Positions 39,078 to 47,813 of a stretch of DNA of 64,000 bases are shown here, piece after piece (within the stretch, counting starts at the first letter, position 1; every line of letters starts with the position of its first letter). The DNA is from Alphaproteobacteria bacterium (GTDB taxonomy: Bacteria > Pseudomonadota > Alphaproteobacteria > MPNO01 > UBA830). A model generated the notes under the pieces. That model did not search any database, was not told where the DNA came from, and saw only the letters and a list, made by a program, of their open reading frames with translations. The translations under genes were made by a program, and so were the position numbers. The stretch spans positions 544,001-608,000 of the forward strand of contig OZ251539.1 of NCBI GenBank assembly GCA_965243135.1. The letters are read 5' to 3'.

Positions 39078-39499
39078 AGCGCTGGTCTCCCGCGCAGGAC
39101 GAGATCCTGCGGCAGTCGCTGGCGGACGGCAAGACGTTCCGCCAGGCGGCGGCCCTGGCCGGGGCCTCCCGCAACGCCGCGATCGGCCGGGCGAACCGGC
39201 TCGGCTTCGTCCGCGCGGAGGGCGGCGACGCGGCCGGCTGGAGCGAGGCGGAGGACAACGCGGTGATGCGGGCCGGCCACCCGGCCGCGATCGGGCGCGA
39301 GATCGGGCGGACCTGCGGCGCGGTGATCGCCCGCCGGAAGGTCCTGCTGGCGGAGGGCCGGACCTACGGATCGAAGGCGAAGCTCCGCAAATGCCTGCGC
39401 TGCGGCGCGGAGATCGTTTCGCAGCACGCCGGCCACCGCATGTGCGACCAGTGCCGGCGGGTCGGCAGCGCGGCCGGCGACTACGCCTGCCACGCCTGA
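39074..39499 (+). CDS. GcrA-type HTH protein with C-terminal Zn finger
   Basis: WS..SRNAAIGRANRLG; CLRC..CDQC. Confidence 0.6.
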   Translation: MKRWSPAQDEILRQSLADGKTFRQAAALAGASRNAAIGRANRLGFVRAEGGDAAGWSEAEDNAVMRAGHPAAIGREIGRTCGAVIARRKVLLAEGRTYGSKAKLRKCLRCGAEIVSQHAGHRMCDQCRRVGSAAGDYACHA

Positions 39500-39516
39500 G
39501 GAGAGAGGAGACGAAC

Positions 39517-39735
39517 ATGACGAGACCCTTGACCACGACCGACCCGAAGGAGGCCCGGCGCATGTCGTCCGCCGCGGCCGCCGACCTCGCCGCGAGCCTG
39601 GAGCGCGGCGATTCGCCCGTCGCGCCGGGCAGATCCTGGTCCGAAGCGGTGTCCCTGCGGCACCCGGACGCGGACGCCGGCATCGACCGCGGCTACTGCG
39701 TGCAGCTCGCCGACGGCCTGTGGGTGGCGTCATGA
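39517..39735 (+). CDS. Hypothetical protein
   Basis: RBS GAGGAG; coupled to next gene. Confidence 0.55.
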   Translation: MTRPLTTTDPKEARRMSSAAAADLAASLERGDSPVAPGRSWSEAVSLRHPDADAGIDRGYCVQLADGLWVAS

Positions 39736-39914
39736 AGAGGGCGGCGCGGAAGAAGCGCCTCGTCCGCCGCGGCGGCAAGGAGAAGGCGCGGAAGCGGGCG
39801 CTGGCGGCGAAGCGGCGGCCGCGGCCGGCGGGCGGGCAGGAGCGTCTCGTCCGCAACGCCACCGAGATCTGGACCCCGGAGGCGTTCGCGGACGCGGCGG
39901 AGGCGTGGCGATGA
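39732..39914 (+). CDS. Small basic hypothetical protein
   Basis: ATGA overlaps at both ends. Confidence 0.45.
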   Translation: MKRAARKKRLVRRGGKEKARKRALAAKRRPRPAGGQERLVRNATEIWTPEAFADAAEAWR

Positions 39915-40231
39915 GGTGCGGCAGGGTCAGGGACATCTTCGTCGCCGCGATCGAAGAGGCGGCCCTGAAATACGAGGAGGTCGCCCGCGTTATGGAAGAG
40001 ATCTGCGGATCGCCGCCGGCCGACGTCGCCGACGTGCGGGGCGCGATCAAGCTCATGCGCACGTGCGCGGAAGACATCGACGGCGCGACCGCGGACCGGA
40101 TCGCGGAGTTCTTCCGCGAGGCCGGCTGGCCGGACGCCGCGGGGCCGGACGCCGAAACGCCGCCCCGCGTCGTCCGCATGGCCGACTGGATCGAGGAACG
40201 CACGCCCGACGGCCCGGAGGGCGCGGCGTGA
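39911..40231 (+). CDS. Hypothetical protein
   Basis: ATGA coupling, RBS GGAGG. Confidence 0.55.
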   Translation: MRCGRVRDIFVAAIEEAALKYEEVARVMEEICGSPPADVADVRGAIKLMRTCAEDIDGATADRIAEFFREAGWPDAAGPDAETPPRVVRMADWIEERTPDGPEGAA

Positions 40232-40271
40232 CCCGGACCCCGGGACGAACGCTCGAAGAGAGGAGACAGGC

Positions 40272-40625
40272 ATGAGCAGCAGCAGCGTCACCACCATGAC
40301 CGTGCGGGGGGAGGTCGTCGAGATCCGGACCGGCGGTTTCCCGCTGCCGGCGGACGCCCCGGCGGCGGGCGGCAACGTCGTCGTCCTCGACACCCCCGCG
40401 ACGCGGGCCTTGCGGCAGGCCGCCCTCGACGCCGCCGGCTTCGCCGGGGATTACGCGAGCGAGGCGGAGGTCGCGATCGAGGACGGGGATCTCGTCCACG
40501 CCCTCGAGTGCCTCCGCTGCGCGCAGACGGTGGCGCAGGAGTACGGCGACGGGACGACCTGGCTCCCCGCCATCCTGACCCTGTCGCGGCTGGTCGACGA
40601 GGCCGGGGCGGAGAGCCATGTCTGA
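40272..40625 (+). CDS. Hypothetical protein
   Basis: RBS GAGGAG. Confidence 0.55.
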   Translation: MSSSSVTTMTVRGEVVEIRTGGFPLPADAPAAGGNVVVLDTPATRALRQAALDAAGFAGDYASEAEVAIEDGDLVHALECLRCAQTVAQEYGDGTTWLPAILTLSRLVDEAGAESHV

Positions 40626-40745
40626 CCTGATCGGACGGCTGGCCGCCGGCGGAACGCTGTTCCCGCCGGCGAAGGCGGGGCGGCGGAGGTTCCATCTCCG
40701 CCGCCTCGCGGGATTCATCCGAAACCTCATGAGGAGAAAACGGAC

Positions 40746-41261
40746 ATGAGCACCATGATCGAGATCGAGGAGCTGTGCAAGCGGTACGCCGCGGCCCGGG
40801 ACAAGCTCGACGACACCGTCGAGGGAGTCCGGGAAGAGCAGCGGAAGGCGGCGCGCCAGAAGATGCGCCCGATCAAGCGCCAGGCGGCGGACGTCGCGGC
40901 GGCGCGGGACGCGCTGTTCGCGGCGATCGAGGAATCGCCGGAGCTGTTCGAGAAGCCGCGCACCGTGCCCTTTCACGGCGTCACCGTCGGCTTCCGGAAG
41001 CAGCCGGGCAAGCTGGAGTGCGACGAGGCGCGCTCGATCGCGCTGATCCGGAAGAAACTGCCGGACCGGGCGGAGGGGCTGATCAAGGTCAGCGAGAAGA
41101 TCGTGGCGGCCGCGCTCAGGAAGCTGCCGGCGAAGGACCTCGCGGCGGTCGGCGCCGCCATCGTCGAGCCCGACGACGAGGTCGTGATCAAGGTCGCGCG
41201 GAGCGACCTCGACCGGATCGTCGCGGCCCTGATCGAGGACGCCGGGGAGAACGCGCGATGA
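40746..41261 (+). CDS. Host-nuclease inhibitor Gam-family protein
   Basis: ELFEKPRTVPFHGVTVGFRK, coiled-coil N-terminus; Mu early-region position. Confidence 0.8.
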   Translation: MSTMIEIEELCKRYAAARDKLDDTVEGVREEQRKAARQKMRPIKRQAADVAAARDALFAAIEESPELFEKPRTVPFHGVTVGFRKQPGKLECDEARSIALIRKKLPDRAEGLIKVSEKIVAAALRKLPAKDLAAVGAAIVEPDDEVVIKVARSDLDRIVAALIEDAGENAR

Positions 41262-41527
41262 GCGGCCTCCCCGAACCGGCGTTCGGCGCGAACGCCGCCT
41301 TGCGCGCGCTCGCGGCGGAGATCGACGATCGCCGGGCCGCCGGCTGCGAGGCGCACGCCTCGGAGCGGGCGATCATGGAGCGCGCCCGGCTGGCGGACTG
41401 CGAGCTGCCGGGCGCCATGCGGGCGCTGGAGCGGATGGGCTACGCCCAGCGCTGCTGGATGCCCCGCTCGCAGCTCGTCTGGAAGCTGACGGACCCCGGC
41501 CGCGAGGCCGCGGGGAGGCTGGCGTGA
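41258..41527 (+). CDS. Small winged-helix-like protein
   Basis: ALERMGY..WKLTDPG. Confidence 0.5.
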   Translation: MSGLPEPAFGANAALRALAAEIDDRRAAGCEAHASERAIMERARLADCELPGAMRALERMGYAQRCWMPRSQLVWKLTDPGREAAGRLA

Positions 41528-41757
41528 CCCTGCGCCACGACGTCCTCCGCGCCCTGGCCGACGCCGGGGCGGACGGGGAGACCGCGTCGGCCGCCAGCGT
41601 GGCGGGGCGGCTCGACTGCCTCGTCGAGGAGGCGGCGTTCGCGATCGCCGACCTCGTCGGCGAAGGCCTCGCCGAGTGGGCCGGAACCAATCCCGACGGG
41701 CTGGCGGTCTGGGAGCTGACCGAAGCCGGGCGCGCGCACCCGGATGCCCATGGCTGA
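41524..41757 (+). CDS. Small winged-helix-like protein
   Basis: DLVGEGL..WELTEAG. Confidence 0.5.
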   Translation: MTLRHDVLRALADAGADGETASAASVAGRLDCLVEEAAFAIADLVGEGLAEWAGTNPDGLAVWELTEAGRAHPDAHG

Positions 41758-41990
41758 TGCCCCCCCCCGAGATCGGCGCCGACCGCGCCCGGCGCCTGGG
41801 GGCGCTGGTCGAGGCCGCCGCGGAGCGGCCCGACCTGGTCAAGGGCGACCGCGAGGACGCGTTCCTCGCCGACCTCCATCTCCGGCTGGCGAAGTGGGAA
41901 GGCGGCCTCCGGCTCTCCGATCGCCAGCGGGCCTGGCTCAACGACATCTGGGCCCGGTTCCGCGAGGCCGGCGCCGTCGAGGACGAATGA
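41757..41990 (+). CDS. Hypothetical protein
   Basis: Coupled; E..FL..L..LSDRQRAWL motif. Confidence 0.55.
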   Translation: MPPPEIGADRARRLGALVEAAAERPDLVKGDREDAFLADLHLRLAKWEGGLRLSDRQRAWLNDIWARFREAGAVEDE

Positions 41991-42448
41991 TGCCCCGGAA
42001 GCACGAATACCACTGGCGCCGCGCGCGCGGCCTCTGCGTCGAGTGCTCGGCCCCGGTCGACGTCGCGCGCTGCCCCGAGTGCAAGCGCCGGGAACGCCTC
42101 CGCGAACGGCGCGCTGGCCGCGCGCGGAGCGCCGCGGGGCGGCCGGGGAGCGTCGCGGCCGCGTCGCCCCGGTTGCCGGAGCGCGAGCGGGACCTGCTCG
42201 TGGAGATCTTCGCCGACGGGTTGGCCGGCAAGAACTTCCGTCCGGGCGGGCGGGAATTCCGGGAGGCGGCGGCGCGGTGGATCCGCGAGATTTCGATGAT
42301 GACGGGACGGCCGGTCGGCGACGACGAGGCCGCCGGCCTGCTCGCGGACAGCGTCCTGCTGGTCCGCGCGGCGCGGTCGGCGCGGAAGGGGGCGTTCGGA
42401 GCGAGTCCGGCCGCGATCCGCGTCGCCAGCATTCTGGTGCGGTTGTGA
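41987..42448 (+). CDS. Zn-finger hypothetical protein
   Basis: CVEC..CPEC. Confidence 0.5.
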   Translation: MMPRKHEYHWRRARGLCVECSAPVDVARCPECKRRERLRERRAGRARSAAGRPGSVAAASPRLPERERDLLVEIFADGLAGKNFRPGGREFREAAARWIREISMMTGRPVGDDEAAGLLADSVLLVRAARSARKGAFGASPAAIRVASILVRL

Positions 42449-42761
42449 GGCGGCGGTCCTTCCCGCCGTTCCGGCATTTCCGGCAGGAGCACCTGCGCGT
42501 CCTGGTGGACCGCCGCGGACGCTTCGTCGCCGTCGTCTGGCGCGCGCGTTTCGAGGAAATCCACGCCCCGCCGAAGCGGTGGCCCGGACAGACGAAGCTG
42601 GAGCTGGACGTCGAGCGCCTGGCCGCGCTCGGCCCCTACCGGCGGTTCCGGGAGACGTGGCGGGTGGGGTCGGCCCGCGGCGCGGGATCCTGCCCCGGCG
42701 CTGGCCGTCGTACGCGGCGGCGGAAGCCTGGGTCGAGGCGCGGTGGAGGCTCGGGCCGTGA
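42445..42761 (+). pseudogene. Hypothetical gene with apparent 1-nt frameshift
   Basis: Coupled GTG start and coupled stop lie in different frames; one extra G in the run at 42666-42669 joins them. Confidence 0.4.
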
Positions 42762-43075
42762 CGTGGCAGTGGCAGCCCTGGCGGCTCGGCGAGGACGGGA
42801 CCCCCGCCGCGCCGGAGGCGCCGGTCGATCCCTGGCGCGGCGCCCGCGACGGGCGGCAGGCGAAGTTGATGATCGCGGGGACCAGCTGGATCGGCCTGAT
42901 CCGCCGGGACGGGGGGCGCGGCTGGACATACCGGGCGGAACTGACGTGGCCGGGCGCCGGCGACGGGGAATGGCGCGGCAGCCGCGACGAGGCGGCCGCC
43001 GACCTGAAGGACCTCTTCGCGGCGCACTTGGCGGGGGGCGAAGCTCCCTGCGTCTGCGAGGGGAACGACCGGTGA
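42758..43075 (+). CDS. Hypothetical protein
   Basis: GTGA coupling, RBS GGAGG. Confidence 0.5.
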   Translation: MTWQWQPWRLGEDGTPAAPEAPVDPWRGARDGRQAKLMIAGTSWIGLIRRDGGRGWTYRAELTWPGAGDGEWRGSRDEAAADLKDLFAAHLAGGEAPCVCEGNDR

Positions 43076-43350
43076 CGCGGGCGCTCCAGCGAGGCGACCG
43101 CGTGACGGTGCGCGGCGGGACGATCGTCCATCCGGGGAAATCGGGGACGGTCGCGGAATCGGGGATCCTCGACGGCGGCGAAGGGCAGCCGTTCGCGACC
43201 GTCGACCTCGATAACGATGGCAGGGCGTGGTTCCTGCACTCCGAATTGAAGCTCGAGGATTCCCCGGACGAGGGCGACGCGCCGGATTGGCGTCTGTCGC
43301 GGCTGGCGCGGCGGGAGCGGTGGCGCCGGGGACTGGGGGCCGGGCGATGA
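43072..43350 (+). CDS. Small SH3/KOW-like protein
   Basis: LQRGDRVTV..GKSGTV..VDLD..SEL. Confidence 0.45.
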   Translation: MTRALQRGDRVTVRGGTIVHPGKSGTVAESGILDGGEGQPFATVDLDNDGRAWFLHSELKLEDSPDEGDAPDWRLSRLARRERWRRGLGAGR

Positions 43351-43958
43351 AGGCCGTGAACGTCGAACGCAGGGCCGGGATCTTCATCGGGCCGGAGTTC
43401 GGCACCGTGCGTCGCTCCGACATTGTGGCGGCGGCGCGGGAAGCTGCCGGCTACGGCTACGACGTCCTGATCTGTTGCGCCTTTTGCTACAGCGCGGATT
43501 GCGCCGACCTTCCGGACGATCTGCCGTTGCCGGTGATACGGGCCACGTCGGCGGCCAATCTGTTCGTCGCCTTCGGCGAACCGGACATTTCCGTCGAAGA
43601 TGCCGGCGGCGATCTCATCCAGGTTCGGATGAACGGCGTTGACGTCTTCGATCCGCGCTCATGCGAGGTTCGCTCCGACGATCCCGACGGGATCGCCTGT
43701 TGGTTCGTCGATACCGATTATCGCCCCGGCCCGTTCGTGACGCGGCAGGCGTATTTCCCCGGCGCGAGTGTCGACCCCTATCAGGCGCTGAAGAAGACGC
43801 TGAAGGCGGACGTCGATCCGGAGACGTGGGCATCGCTTCGGCGCACGGTATCGCGCCCGTTCCCGCGCCCCGCGTCGGGGCGGATCGCGGTGAAGGCGAT
43901 CAACGCGCTCGGCGACGAGGCGATGAAGGTCGTCAGGGTCGGAGGGACCGGCCAATGA
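43347..43958 (+). CDS. Stand-alone C-terminal domain of a type III-like DNA methyltransferase (Mod)
   Basis: IGPEFGTV, NLFVAFGEPDI, GVDVFDP, IACWFVDTDY, GRIAVKAINALGDE; no DPPY or FxGxG catalytic motifs. Confidence 0.7.
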   Translation: MKAVNVERRAGIFIGPEFGTVRRSDIVAAAREAAGYGYDVLICCAFCYSADCADLPDDLPLPVIRATSAANLFVAFGEPDISVEDAGGDLIQVRMNGVDVFDPRSCEVRSDDPDGIACWFVDTDYRPGPFVTRQAYFPGASVDPYQALKKTLKADVDPETWASLRRTVSRPFPRPASGRIAVKAINALGDEAMKVVRVGGTGQ

Positions 43959-44875
43959 ACGTCGACGAGGCGCGGGAGGGCGCGCAGGCGGAGAACACCC
44001 GGATCGCCTACGAGAAGGGCTGGCGCTGCTTCGCCCGGTGGTGCCGGGGGCGGGACCTGCCGCCGGACGACGCGGCGGCGTCCGACGTCGCCGCGTTCAT
44101 GGTCGCAATGTGGGAGGAAGGACCGTCCGGCCGGCCGCTGGCGCTGAGCACGCTCCAGCTCTACCGCAGCGCCCTGGTCGACCGCTGGCGCCGGCGCGGA
44201 GCGGGACCGTCGCCCGCGTCCGACCGGACGGTGGACGAGGTCCTGCGCGGCCTCGCGCGGAAGCGCAACGACCCCCCGCGGCAAGCGAAGGCGATCCGGG
44301 AGGGGCAACTCCTCGCGATGCTGGAGACCTGCGCGGACGGCGGCCTGCACGCGCTGCGCGACGCGGCGGTCCTGTCGCTGGGCTTCTCGGTGGCGCTCCG
44401 CCGCTCGGAGCTGTGCGCGCTGCGGATCGACGATCTGGAACCGCACGACAGCGGCCTGCGGATCCTGATCCGGCGCTCGAAGACGGACAAGCTTGGGAGG
44501 GGGCAGGCGGTGGCGGTGATCGACGGCGCGGCGATCCGGCCGATCACGCGGCTGAACCGCTGGCTGGAGGCGTCCGGCATCGCGTCCGGCTTCGCCTTCC
44601 AGTCCCTGGCGCGCGGCGGCAAGCCGTCGGGCGCCCCGCTGCATCCGGGGGAGGTCTCCCGGATCGTGAAGCGCCGCGTCGCCAAGCTCGGCTTCGATCC
44701 GCGGCCCTACTCCGGCCACTCCCTGCGCGCCGGGTTCGTGACCTCCGCGGCGGCGCACCACGCGCGGATCGACAAGATCATGGAGGTGACCCGCCACCGG
44801 CGCGCGGACACCGTCCTCCGGTACATCCGCGACGAGGAGAGCTTCGTCGACCACGCCGGGGCGTCGTTCCTGTGA
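43955..44875 (+). CDS. Cre-like tyrosine recombinase
   Basis: ALRRSEL, RSKTD, GHSLRAG, RH..VLRY: R-K-H-R-H-Y set intact. Confidence 0.9.
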   Translation: MNVDEAREGAQAENTRIAYEKGWRCFARWCRGRDLPPDDAAASDVAAFMVAMWEEGPSGRPLALSTLQLYRSALVDRWRRRGAGPSPASDRTVDEVLRGLARKRNDPPRQAKAIREGQLLAMLETCADGGLHALRDAAVLSLGFSVALRRSELCALRIDDLEPHDSGLRILIRRSKTDKLGRGQAVAVIDGAAIRPITRLNRWLEASGIASGFAFQSLARGGKPSGAPLHPGEVSRIVKRRVAKLGFDPRPYSGHSLRAGFVTSAAAHHARIDKIMEVTRHRRADTVLRYIRDEESFVDHAGASFL

Positions 44876-44889
44876 GCGGGGAGGCGGCG

Positions 44890-45276
44890 ATGACCGATCA
44901 GCTCTCCCTGTTCGACCCGGCCGAGTTCGTCGCCGTCGCGGCGGAAGCCGCGGAGGCGGCTCCGGACGGCAAGCTGATGGAGGTGGACTGGGAGACGCTC
45001 GAGCGGGTGTGCCTGGCCGTCCGGCGGCAGGGACCGGCGACCGACTGGTTCCACACGCAGACCGTCATCAGCGCGCTGGAAGTCCGGGGCGAGCGGTGGG
45101 CCGCCTACGTCCTCGGCGCCGTCCCCCCGGACCGGCGCGGGCACGTGAAGGATCTCTGCTACGTGATGTTCTCGATCTGCGAGAAGCGCCGCATGGCGAA
45201 GGAGGCGCGCGCCTACGCCTCCGTGGTCGAGGCGTGGCCGGAGATGATCTCGCTGATGCCGGAGAGCCTGCGGTGA
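44890..45276 (+). CDS. Hypothetical protein
   Basis: RBS GGAGG; QLSLF clamp-binding-like motif at N-terminus. Confidence 0.55.
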   Translation: MTDQLSLFDPAEFVAVAAEAAEAAPDGKLMEVDWETLERVCLAVRRQGPATDWFHTQTVISALEVRGERWAAYVLGAVPPDRRGHVKDLCYVMFSICEKRRMAKEARAYASVVEAWPEMISLMPESLR

Positions 45277-45500
45277 GCGGCGGCGACCGCGGCGAGGCCG
45301 CCGCCGAGCTGGCCCGGCTCGAGGCGGGACTGATGCGCGACCCCGACGCCGGCGGCATGACGGTCGACACGATGTGGACCCGGATCCTCGGGACCTGGCG
45401 GATCAGCTCTTCCCGGAGCGCGAGGTCTCGGGCGAGTGGCTGGCCGCCCTGGACAGGCCGGGACGCCCACGACGACTGGTGGAAGAGGTTCGCGCCATGA
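45273..45500 (+). CDS. Hypothetical paralogue of the downstream gene, with an internally frameshifted segment
   Basis: Alternative frame ADQLFPEREVSGEWLAALDR matches downstream AAALWPDAEITEEWMAALER. Confidence 0.45.
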   Translation: MSGGDRGEAAAELARLEAGLMRDPDAGGMTVDTMWTRILGTWRISSSRSARSRASGWPPWTGRDAHDDWWKRFAP

Positions 45501-45799
45501 AGCGGCACCCCGAAGGCCTGGACCACGAGTTCGAACGCTTTTCGGACGCGTTCCATTTCAGCGTGCGGGCGCACGTCCTGGCCTCCGGCGACTTCGCCGA
45601 CCTGATCCTCGAGGAGGCCGGCAACATGGGCGTGACGCCGGACCGGCTCGGGGAGGCCATCGTCCTGCGCTCGCTGCTCGGGGCGCACTGGAGCGCAGAC
45701 TGGGCGGCGGCGCTGTGGCCGGACGCGGAGATTACCGAGGAGTGGATGGCCGCGCTGGAACGGGCGCGCGACGCGCACCTCGAGTGGGTGGGGGTATGA
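45497..45799 (+). CDS. Hypothetical protein
   Basis: ATGA coupling. Confidence 0.55.
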   Translation: MKRHPEGLDHEFERFSDAFHFSVRAHVLASGDFADLILEEAGNMGVTPDRLGEAIVLRSLLGAHWSADWAAALWPDAEITEEWMAALERARDAHLEWVGV

Positions 45800-46089
45800 C
45801 CGGCGGCCTCCAGGCGATGATGGTCGCGATCAAGGCCGTCGGGGGCGCGGATCCCGCCTTCCGCGAGGCGTTCGACGCGGCGCTGGACGAGACCCGGCGC
45901 GATCCCGGGACCGCCATGGAGATCACCCCCGACGATTTCCTGCGACTGTTCGCCGCCGACTGCCTGATGCTGCCGATGAACCGGGAGTTGCTGCCCGGTT
46001 TCGAGACGACGCCGCAGCCGCTGGCGGCGCGCCTCCGGCGGCTGCGCAAGCTGTTGCGGGACGCCGCCGCGAAGACGAGGAGAATCTGA
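45796..46089 (+). CDS. Hypothetical protein
   Basis: ATGA coupling. Confidence 0.55.
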   Translation: MTGGLQAMMVAIKAVGGADPAFREAFDAALDETRRDPGTAMEITPDDFLRLFAADCLMLPMNRELLPGFETTPQPLAARLRRLRKLLRDAAAKTRRI

Positions 46090-46922
46090 TGGGCGACAAG
46101 ACCGGAATCGAATGGGCCGAGGCCACCTGGAACCCCGTCGTGGGCTGCCTGGAGGTCAGCGAGGGCTGCAAGCGCTGCTACGCGGCGCGGCTGGCCGCCG
46201 GGCGGCTGCGCCGGCATCCGTCGCGGCGCGGCCTCGCGGAGTTCGGGGCGGACGGCCAGGCGCGGTGGATCGGGGAGGTGCGGTACAACTGGCCGGCGCT
46301 GGACCAGCCCGCCAGATGGCAGCGCTCGCGGCGGATATTCGCCGGCGCCCACACCGACCTCTTCGGGGCGCCGCCCCACGTGGCCGAGAACGTTTTCGCC
46401 GTCATGGCGTTGTGCCGCTGGCACGACTTCCTGGTGCTAACCAAGCGCGCCGAGCAGATGGAGAAGTTCGTCGCCGGCTGCGACGTCCGCCAGTTGCGCG
46501 ACCGGACGCGGACGTGGGGCGGGTACTGGCTCGGCGGCCGGGGGCGGCCGTGGAACACGTTCCCCCTCAGGTGGCCCCTGCCGAACGTCTGGCTGGGCGT
46601 GTCGATCGAGAACCGCGAGCGCGCAGGGCGGCTGGAGGCCCTCAAGCGGACGCCGGCGGCGGTCCGGTTCGTCTCGTTCGAGCCCCTGCTCGGCCCCGTC
46701 GGCCCGGTCGGCCTCGACGGCGTCGACTGGGCGATCGCCGGGGGCGAGAGCGGTCCGGGGGCGCGGCCGATGGAGGCCGAATGGGCGCGGGAGATCCGCG
46801 ACCTGTGCGCCGACGCGGGGGTCGCGTTCTTCTTCAAGCAGTGGGGCGGCGCGCACGCGAAGTCGGGCGGCCGCGAGCTGGACGGCAGGACGTGGGACGA
46901 ATTTCCGGAGGGGAAGCGATGA
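46089..46922 (+). CDS. Phage Gp37/Gp68 (DUF5131) radical-SAM-like protein
   Basis: TGIEWAEATWNPVVGC..SEGCKRCYA, SFEPLLG, GGESG, FFFKQWGG. Confidence 0.92.
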   Translation: MGDKTGIEWAEATWNPVVGCLEVSEGCKRCYAARLAAGRLRRHPSRRGLAEFGADGQARWIGEVRYNWPALDQPARWQRSRRIFAGAHTDLFGAPPHVAENVFAVMALCRWHDFLVLTKRAEQMEKFVAGCDVRQLRDRTRTWGGYWLGGRGRPWNTFPLRWPLPNVWLGVSIENRERAGRLEALKRTPAAVRFVSFEPLLGPVGPVGLDGVDWAIAGGESGPGARPMEAEWAREIRDLCADAGVAFFFKQWGGAHAKSGGRELDGRTWDEFPEGKR

Positions 46923-47197
46923 ACAGGTATTCCAAGGGGGAGCGGGTGCGCGTGTACGTGCCCAGGCTCGGACATGTCGACGGGACGGTGATCGGGACGC
47001 CGGGACCGGGGGACCGGTTCTACGCCGTGGAGTTCCCGCTCAACGACGGCGCGGAACTGCGGGCGTTCTACGAATGGGAGCTGCGCCGGTCATGGGCGCG
47101 CGCGATCCGCGAGGCGGCGGCCGCCGCGGCGGCCCCCGCGGCGGCCGGGGCGGCCGGGGCGGCCGCCTGGCTCCTCTTAGAGGCGTTGGCGCCGTGA
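46919..47197 (+). CDS. Small SH3-like protein with hydrophobic tail
   Basis: YSKGERVRV..GTV..YAVEF..EL. Confidence 0.45.
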   Translation: MNRYSKGERVRVYVPRLGHVDGTVIGTPGPGDRFYAVEFPLNDGAELRAFYEWELRRSWARAIREAAAAAAAPAAAGAAGAAAWLLLEALAP

Positions 47198-47433
47198 CGC
47201 TCCCGCGCCAGCCCGCGGACCTGCCGCCGGGGCTGTCCGTCCTGTGCTGGGGCGGCCTGTGGCCGCTCCCCGGCCGCATCGTCGGCGTCCGTCCGGGGAC
47301 CGGCGGCCAGAGCTACTACGAGGTCGACTGCGGCAAGGAGGGGACGTTCCTTTTTCACCCGTCCGTGACCTTCGACCGCAACGGGCTGCCGGACGACGCG
47401 GGCCGCTTCGCGCCGTTCGCGGGGACGGGGTGA
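47194..47433 (+). CDS. Small beta-barrel-like hypothetical protein
   Basis: PGRIVGV..YYEVD; GTGA coupling. Confidence 0.4.
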   Translation: MTLPRQPADLPPGLSVLCWGGLWPLPGRIVGVRPGTGGQSYYEVDCGKEGTFLFHPSVTFDRNGLPDDAGRFAPFAGTG

Positions 47434-47813
47434 TGGTCGGGCGCGTCGTCACGAAGGCCGGGGATCGCTACCTCCGCGCCGACCTGGCGAGGATGTGCCG
47501 CGAGGCGTGGCGGCATCCGGCCCGGCCGCTGGCCGAGCTGCGGGCGGGCGGGGCGACCGACGCGGAGCTTGCGGCCCAACTCAAGCTCGCGCTGGGAATA
47601 TTGCGCGAATGGGGCTGCCGAGGCTGGCACGTCGCGTCGTCGGGCGGCCGGACGCCGCGCCTGTGGGCGAGCCGGGACGAGGCGCTCCCGTCGAACGACG
47701 ACCGGCACCTGATCGCGAAGGGCGCGGCGCTCCGCGACCTGTTCCGCGACGTCCTGGAGATTCCCCGGACGCAGGACGGGCGGGCGCCGCGCTTCGCGGC
47801 GGGAACGTCGTGA
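47433..47813 (+). CDS. Hypothetical protein
   Basis: Coupled on both sides. Confidence 0.45.
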   Translation: MVGRVVTKAGDRYLRADLARMCREAWRHPARPLAELRAGGATDAELAAQLKLALGILREWGCRGWHVASSGGRTPRLWASRDEALPSNDDRHLIAKGAALRDLFRDVLEIPRTQDGRAPRFAAGTS

